Below are positions 60,795 through 64,000 of a stretch of DNA of 64,000 nt, piece after piece. The number at the start of each line of letters is the position of its first letter. Position 1 is the first letter of the stretch. Made by a program: the position numbers and the translations under genes. The DNA comes from an uncultured Spirochaetota bacterium (lineage in GTDB: Bacteria > Spirochaetota > UBA4802 > UBA5550). The notes under the pieces are model-generated. The model ran no database searches. It saw nothing but the letters and a program-made list of their open reading frames with translations, and was not told the origin of the DNA. The DNA lies in the NCBI GenBank assembly GCA_963827275.1, contig CAWHAA010000005.1, forward strand, positions 352,001 through 416,000. Direction: 5' to 3'.

Positions 60795-62782
60795 TTACAC
60801 CTTCACGATTCTTACTGGGATTGTTGAGTCTTCGCCTCTTTTCAGAACATCCTTGTGTTCCAAAAAGAACTTGGTCACCATATCATCAACGAAATAGGCC
60901 ACATAGGCCGTATTCGGTTTTACCTTGTCGGTAACCTGCACCATTGCCTCCATCGAGCCGTAGGGAGATACGATCTTTACCGTGAACCGGTCGCGCACGC
61001 CCAGCTCCTTGGCGCTCTGCGGCGACATGGCAACGTAGCCCTTCGGATAGAGGAGGAGCGTCGCATTGTATTCGCGCAGGGGCAAGCTCGTCTTTTTCAT
61101 CAGGTTGTTCTGGTGCCAGTAGTGCTGCGCCTCGCCCACCATCAGCAGGAACGGGTATTCCTCGCTGGTGAGGGGGACGCCCAGGCCGCCCTCTGTCGCC
61201 GCGAAGGCGACTTTCTTCGGTGCCGATTCGATATTGAAACGCGCCGCGCCGTTCGGCCACTTCACGCCGCCCATGACCTGGAGCTTGTCGTAGGTGATGC
61301 CGGCGTAATTCGGCGTGAGCTTCACGATCTCGGCCATGACGTCGGCAGGCGACGAGTAATTCCATTTCGCCCCCGCCTTCTCGGCGATCTTCGCGATCAG
61401 CTTCCACGCGGGGAGCACGTTCTTCGCGGGCTCGATCTTTTTCTTCGCGAGCTGCACGCGGCGCCCGGTATTGGTGAAGGTGCCGTCCGTCTCGGCGTAG
61501 GTGGCGGTGGGAAGCACCACGTGGGCGTAATCCGTGAAACTATTCTGGTACGAGCCCATGTAGGCGACGAAATCCATCTTGCTGATCTCGCTGACATTGC
61601 GGACGATTGTCTCGTCATGGTCGACCACCACGAGGGCCTTCAGCTTGCCGCCGAGCTCATTGACTGATTTGCCCGGGTTGGCATTGAGCTTTACGCCCCA
61701 CTCCTTGCTGAACTTCTCGACGGCCGCCTTGTCCGAGAGGGACTGGAACCCGGTAAGCAGGTCGGGGGCGATGCCCATGTCGTAGCTCCCCTGGAGGTTG
61801 TTGATCCCGGTGATGGGGTTGACGCCGCAGCCCTCTTTGCCGATCTTTCCGGCCATGAGGAACAGGTTGAATATATACCCGATGGTGTCCTTGTCAAATC
61901 CGGAGATCCCGGAGGAGAAAAAGACCATCGCCGACCTGGAAAGCGCCAGGTCGCGGGCCGCGTTCTTGAGGGCTTCGAGGTCGAGGCCGGTCTTCTCGGC
62001 CACGTCCGCGTCCTTGATCGAGGCGAGGACCGAGGCAAACTGGTCATAGCCTTCCGTGTATCTCTTAATGAAATCGACATCGCAGAGCTTCTCATCGACA
62101 AGGACCTTGGCCATGTAGGCCATCGCGACCTTGTATGCGCCGGGCCTGATCTGGAGGAATCCGTTTGAGAGCTTGGCGATCTGGGTGTTCCGGGTGTCGA
62201 TCGTCACCAGCGCGCGCGCCCTTCATGGCGGTCAGGTGCAGCTCACTGCCGATGATCGGGTTCTGCTTGGTGATGTCTATGCCGACGACAAGGAGGAAGT
62301 CCGCCTTGTTTATCTCATCAAGCGAGCCGAGCATCCCGGCCATGCCGGTCGCCCTTGTTCAGAACGTCAAGGCTGTTCCGGTGGCCGGGATCGGAATCGA
62401 GGCTGATGTTGTTTGAATTGAACACTGACCGCGCCAGCTTCATCAACAGGAAGTTGTCCTCGTTCGAAGAACGGGACGAGGCGAGGAATCCGATCTCTTC
62501 CGAGTTGTCCTTTTTGTACTTGGAAAGGTTTTCCACCAGATACGCGACCGCTTCGTCATAGGACGCTTCGACCAGTTTGCCGTTTTTCCTGATAAGCGGG
62601 GTCGTGATCTTGTCAGCGGTGCTTAAAAGCTCGTGCACGTTCCATCCACGCACACAGAGCCGCCCCTTGCTGACCGGGTGGTTTTGCATCGGGAATACGC
62701 CGCACACCTTGTCTCCCCTGACATCCAGGAGATGACCGCATCCCGTACCACAAAATGTGCAAATACCGGATTTATAATTCAT
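60795..62782 (-). CDS. FdhF/NuoG-like molybdopterin-oxidoreductase-fold protein lacking catalytic residues; frameshifts near 62350 and 62215
   Basis: CTFCGTGC...LCVRG cluster kept; NNISLDSDPGH in place of DxCARx(C/U)H; PITGINNLQG in place of PLRGQNNVQG; ETDGTFTN..RRVQ. Confidence 0.8.
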
Positions 62783-63158
62783 ACGAAAAGCTCCTCACTT
62801 AAATTATGTTTCTTCGCAGTCCACTCGCTGAAACAAGTACGCCGGCGGGAATTTCCGCACCTGAGCGAGCTGCCGTGTCCGTTTCAATTATTATTATTTA
62901 AATGCGGGTTTACTACCCTTTTGTACCTCAGAATGAAAATAATAAACTTTCTTTCTGCACACAGGAACAATACCATTAATTATGTTCACCGGTCAATGCC
63001 CGATAATTGCTAATTTTTAGTAGCAAAAATCGGTGATACAAAAGATTGATGGATGAGTGTTTGTTTTCAAGTAAGTATCGTGAGAGAATAAATGCAATTA
63101 TTTTTTCACGGATTTAACAGCTATTTCTGTAGAAACGACAAAACCAGTGCGGGATTGT

Positions 63159-63830
63159 TCATTTATTCTGCATTATAACCCACTGAATGGAATACTTGGC
63201 CAGGTCGGAGGAATTCTTGAGTTTCAGCTTTTCCTTTATGTTCTTTTTATGGCTTTCAACCGTATAAATGCTCAAATTCAGCTTTTTCGCCATTTCCTTT
63301 GTGCTGAACCCGTTCCCTATGAGCTGAAAAATCTCGAATTCCCGGTTGCTCAGGCTTTCAACCGATATGCCGATGGTGTCGGCGGAGCCGCGCACCAGCT
63401 TGTCTATGATTTTTTTCGAGATGTTTTCGCTCAGGTAGAGCTCATCGTTGAGAATGGTACGGATGGCGTTGATGATGTTTTTCGAGGCCATCTCCTTCAT
63501 TATATAGCCGCGCGCGCCGGCGCGGATGGCCCGCTCGGCGTAGAGGGACTCGTCATGCATGGTGAGGACCAGCGACCTGATGTCGGGAAACCGCTCGTTC
63601 ATCGACTTGACGAGCTCGATGCCGCTCACGTTGCCGGTAAGGGTGATGTCCACGATGACCAGGTCCGGCTTGTCCCTGTTGATGAAGTCGATCGCCTCGT
63701 TGGCGCTCGAAGCTTCGCCGATGACCCGCAGGTCGTCTTCGAGCTCGATGACCTGCTTGATCCCCTGCCGCAGCAGCGGGTGATCGTCAACGATCAGTAT
63801 CTTCTTTATTTCGCTTGTTTTGTCCGGCAT
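63159..63830 (-). CDS. NarL/FixJ-family response regulator (receiver + LuxR HTH)
   Basis: VDDHPLLRQG, VDITL, LSNREFEIF..IG.G...EMA..L.LS..TVESH. Confidence 0.92.
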   Translation of the reverse strand: MPDKTSEIKKILIVDDHPLLRQGIKQVIELEDDLRVIGEASSANEAIDFINRDKPDLVIVDITLTGNVSGIELVKSMNERFPDIRSLVLTMHDESLYAERAIRAGARGYIMKEMASKNIINAIRTILNDELYLSENISKKIIDKLVRGSADTIGISVESLSNREFEIFQLIGNGFSTKEMAKKLNLSIYTVESHKKNIKEKLKLKNSSDLAKYSIQWVIMQNK

Positions 63831-64000
63831 TGTCCTTCTCGCAACCTGGTAGTAACGAGCTAAGTATACAACCTGGCGCCCGGCGCGTCAATACCTATAT
63901 TTGGTTATTTTCGTGTCCCGTATTGTCGTGAGATTCGCCGGGGAACGAAACACCCGCCCGCCCGGTCACGGCTCCAGCCGGAACGGGTCGGCGTCCTTCC

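Overview
The window comes from a GC-rich anaerobic diderm bacterium. The lineage cannot be determined from sequence alone; the gene content fits an uncultured Spirochaetota- or Desulfobacterota-like acetogen or syntroph. In order it contains: (i) part of a Wood-Ljungdahl carbonyl-branch cluster (cooS/acsA, acsB, acsC; cooC and a DUF3786 gene lie about 20 kb away; acsD and acsE are absent from the window); (ii) a more AT-rich tungsten/formate block with wtpABC, FmdE, a ModE-like HTH and a signal-peptide-bearing tetrapyrrole methylase, divergent from a NuoEF-fusion + receiver + Sec-FdhF operon, followed by a Tat Sec-FdhAB-FdhE-pentaheme cytochrome operon; (iii) housekeeping genes (queD, glyA, tRNA-Val, lspA) and a CoA-transferase pair; (iv) a third, Tat-lipoprotein Sec-FDH with a MobA-FdhE fusion; (v) a co-oriented minus-strand run of about 19 kb. 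That run encodes a group 4 [NiFe]-hydrogenase whose input module is an apparently catalytically dead FdhF/NuoG-like protein plus an AsrA/AsrB-like NAD(P)H module, then a four-gene phosphorelay and an ADP-forming acetate-CoA ligase module. All three FDH catalytic subunits are split in the ORF track at an in-frame UGA followed by a SECIS-like hairpin. Two FDH promoters share an identically spaced double palindrome followed by TTGAC. Many single-base frameshifts (mainly 1-5 kb and 53-62.5 kb) look like long-read indel errors. All functional calls are from motif recognition, with no database searches.
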